35,824 nt of DNA from the IMG/VR virus record IMGVR_UViG_3300032212_000090, positions 1 through 35,824 of that record; one strand, given 5' to 3'. The notes beneath the pieces are model-generated. The model saw nothing but the letters and a program-made list of their open reading frames with translations. It searched no databases and was not told the DNA's origin. Origin of the DNA: a virus. Lineage: Duplodnaviria > Caudoviricetes. Numbering within the stretch: position 1 is the first letter of the stretch; each line of letters opens with the position of its first letter. Below, piece after piece: positions 35,656 through 35,824 of this stretch. A program made the position numbers and the translations under genes.

Positions 35656-35824
35656 TTTTATTAGACAAATTGGTATTTATTAGACAGTGTTAGTAAGGGC
35701 TATCGTGAATAGTGTTGAAAATGGGGTGGCTAAAGGGACTCGAACCCTCGACGACCGGAATCACAATCCTTGGGATATTCCAATAGAATCAATAGTTTAT
35801 TGCTTAATATTGTCTAATTAATAA
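35596..35824 (+). repeat. Terminal direct repeat, right copy (attP core at 35722-35769)
   Basis: Matches 1-229 with one mismatch. Confidence 0.97.

Larger units (their letters stand above)
1..35824. mobile_element. Complete temperate phage genome (lambdoid regulation, P22-like podovirus morphogenesis), attP/circular form
   Basis: Integrase, attP, repressor switch, replication, packaging, head, tail and lysis modules all present; no host genes; ends overlap by 229 bp; no tape-measure or sheath gene. Confidence 0.95.

Overview
The window is an apparently complete, circularly permuted genome of an AT-rich temperate phage. Unit length is about 35,595 bp; bases 1-229 recur at 35596-35824 with one mismatch. 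It is opened at attP, whose core is the 3' half of a proteobacterial-type tRNA-His(GTG), flanked by arm repeats and an IHF site. The organisation is lambdoid with P22-like podovirus morphogenesis genes. A CI/Cro switch at about 29.0-30.2 kb has readable promoters and TAAGCC-N3-GGCTTA operators. The rightward early operon carries ERF, YqaJ exonuclease, SSB, a DUF6948-like gene with a (Gly-X)38 gene, Xis and Int. The leftward operon carries Cro, a CII-like gene, the initiator with ori, DnaB, NinB, HNH, NinG, DUF1937 and Q. The leftward late region runs accessory LamG/virion genes, terminase, portal, scaffold, capsid, tail, ejection proteins, lysis cassette, then an HslV/proteasome-like Ntn hydrolase and a metallophosphoesterase. 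Two opposite-strand morons (an exported nuclease-fold protein and a lipoprotein) are each followed by an unannotated small membrane ORF. The best candidates for undescribed biology are the repeat-flanked structured RNA/DUF6948/(GS,GD,GY) cassette, the Ntn-protease/phosphoesterase pair, the moron units and the structured late leader. Family names come from motif recognition only; no searches were run.
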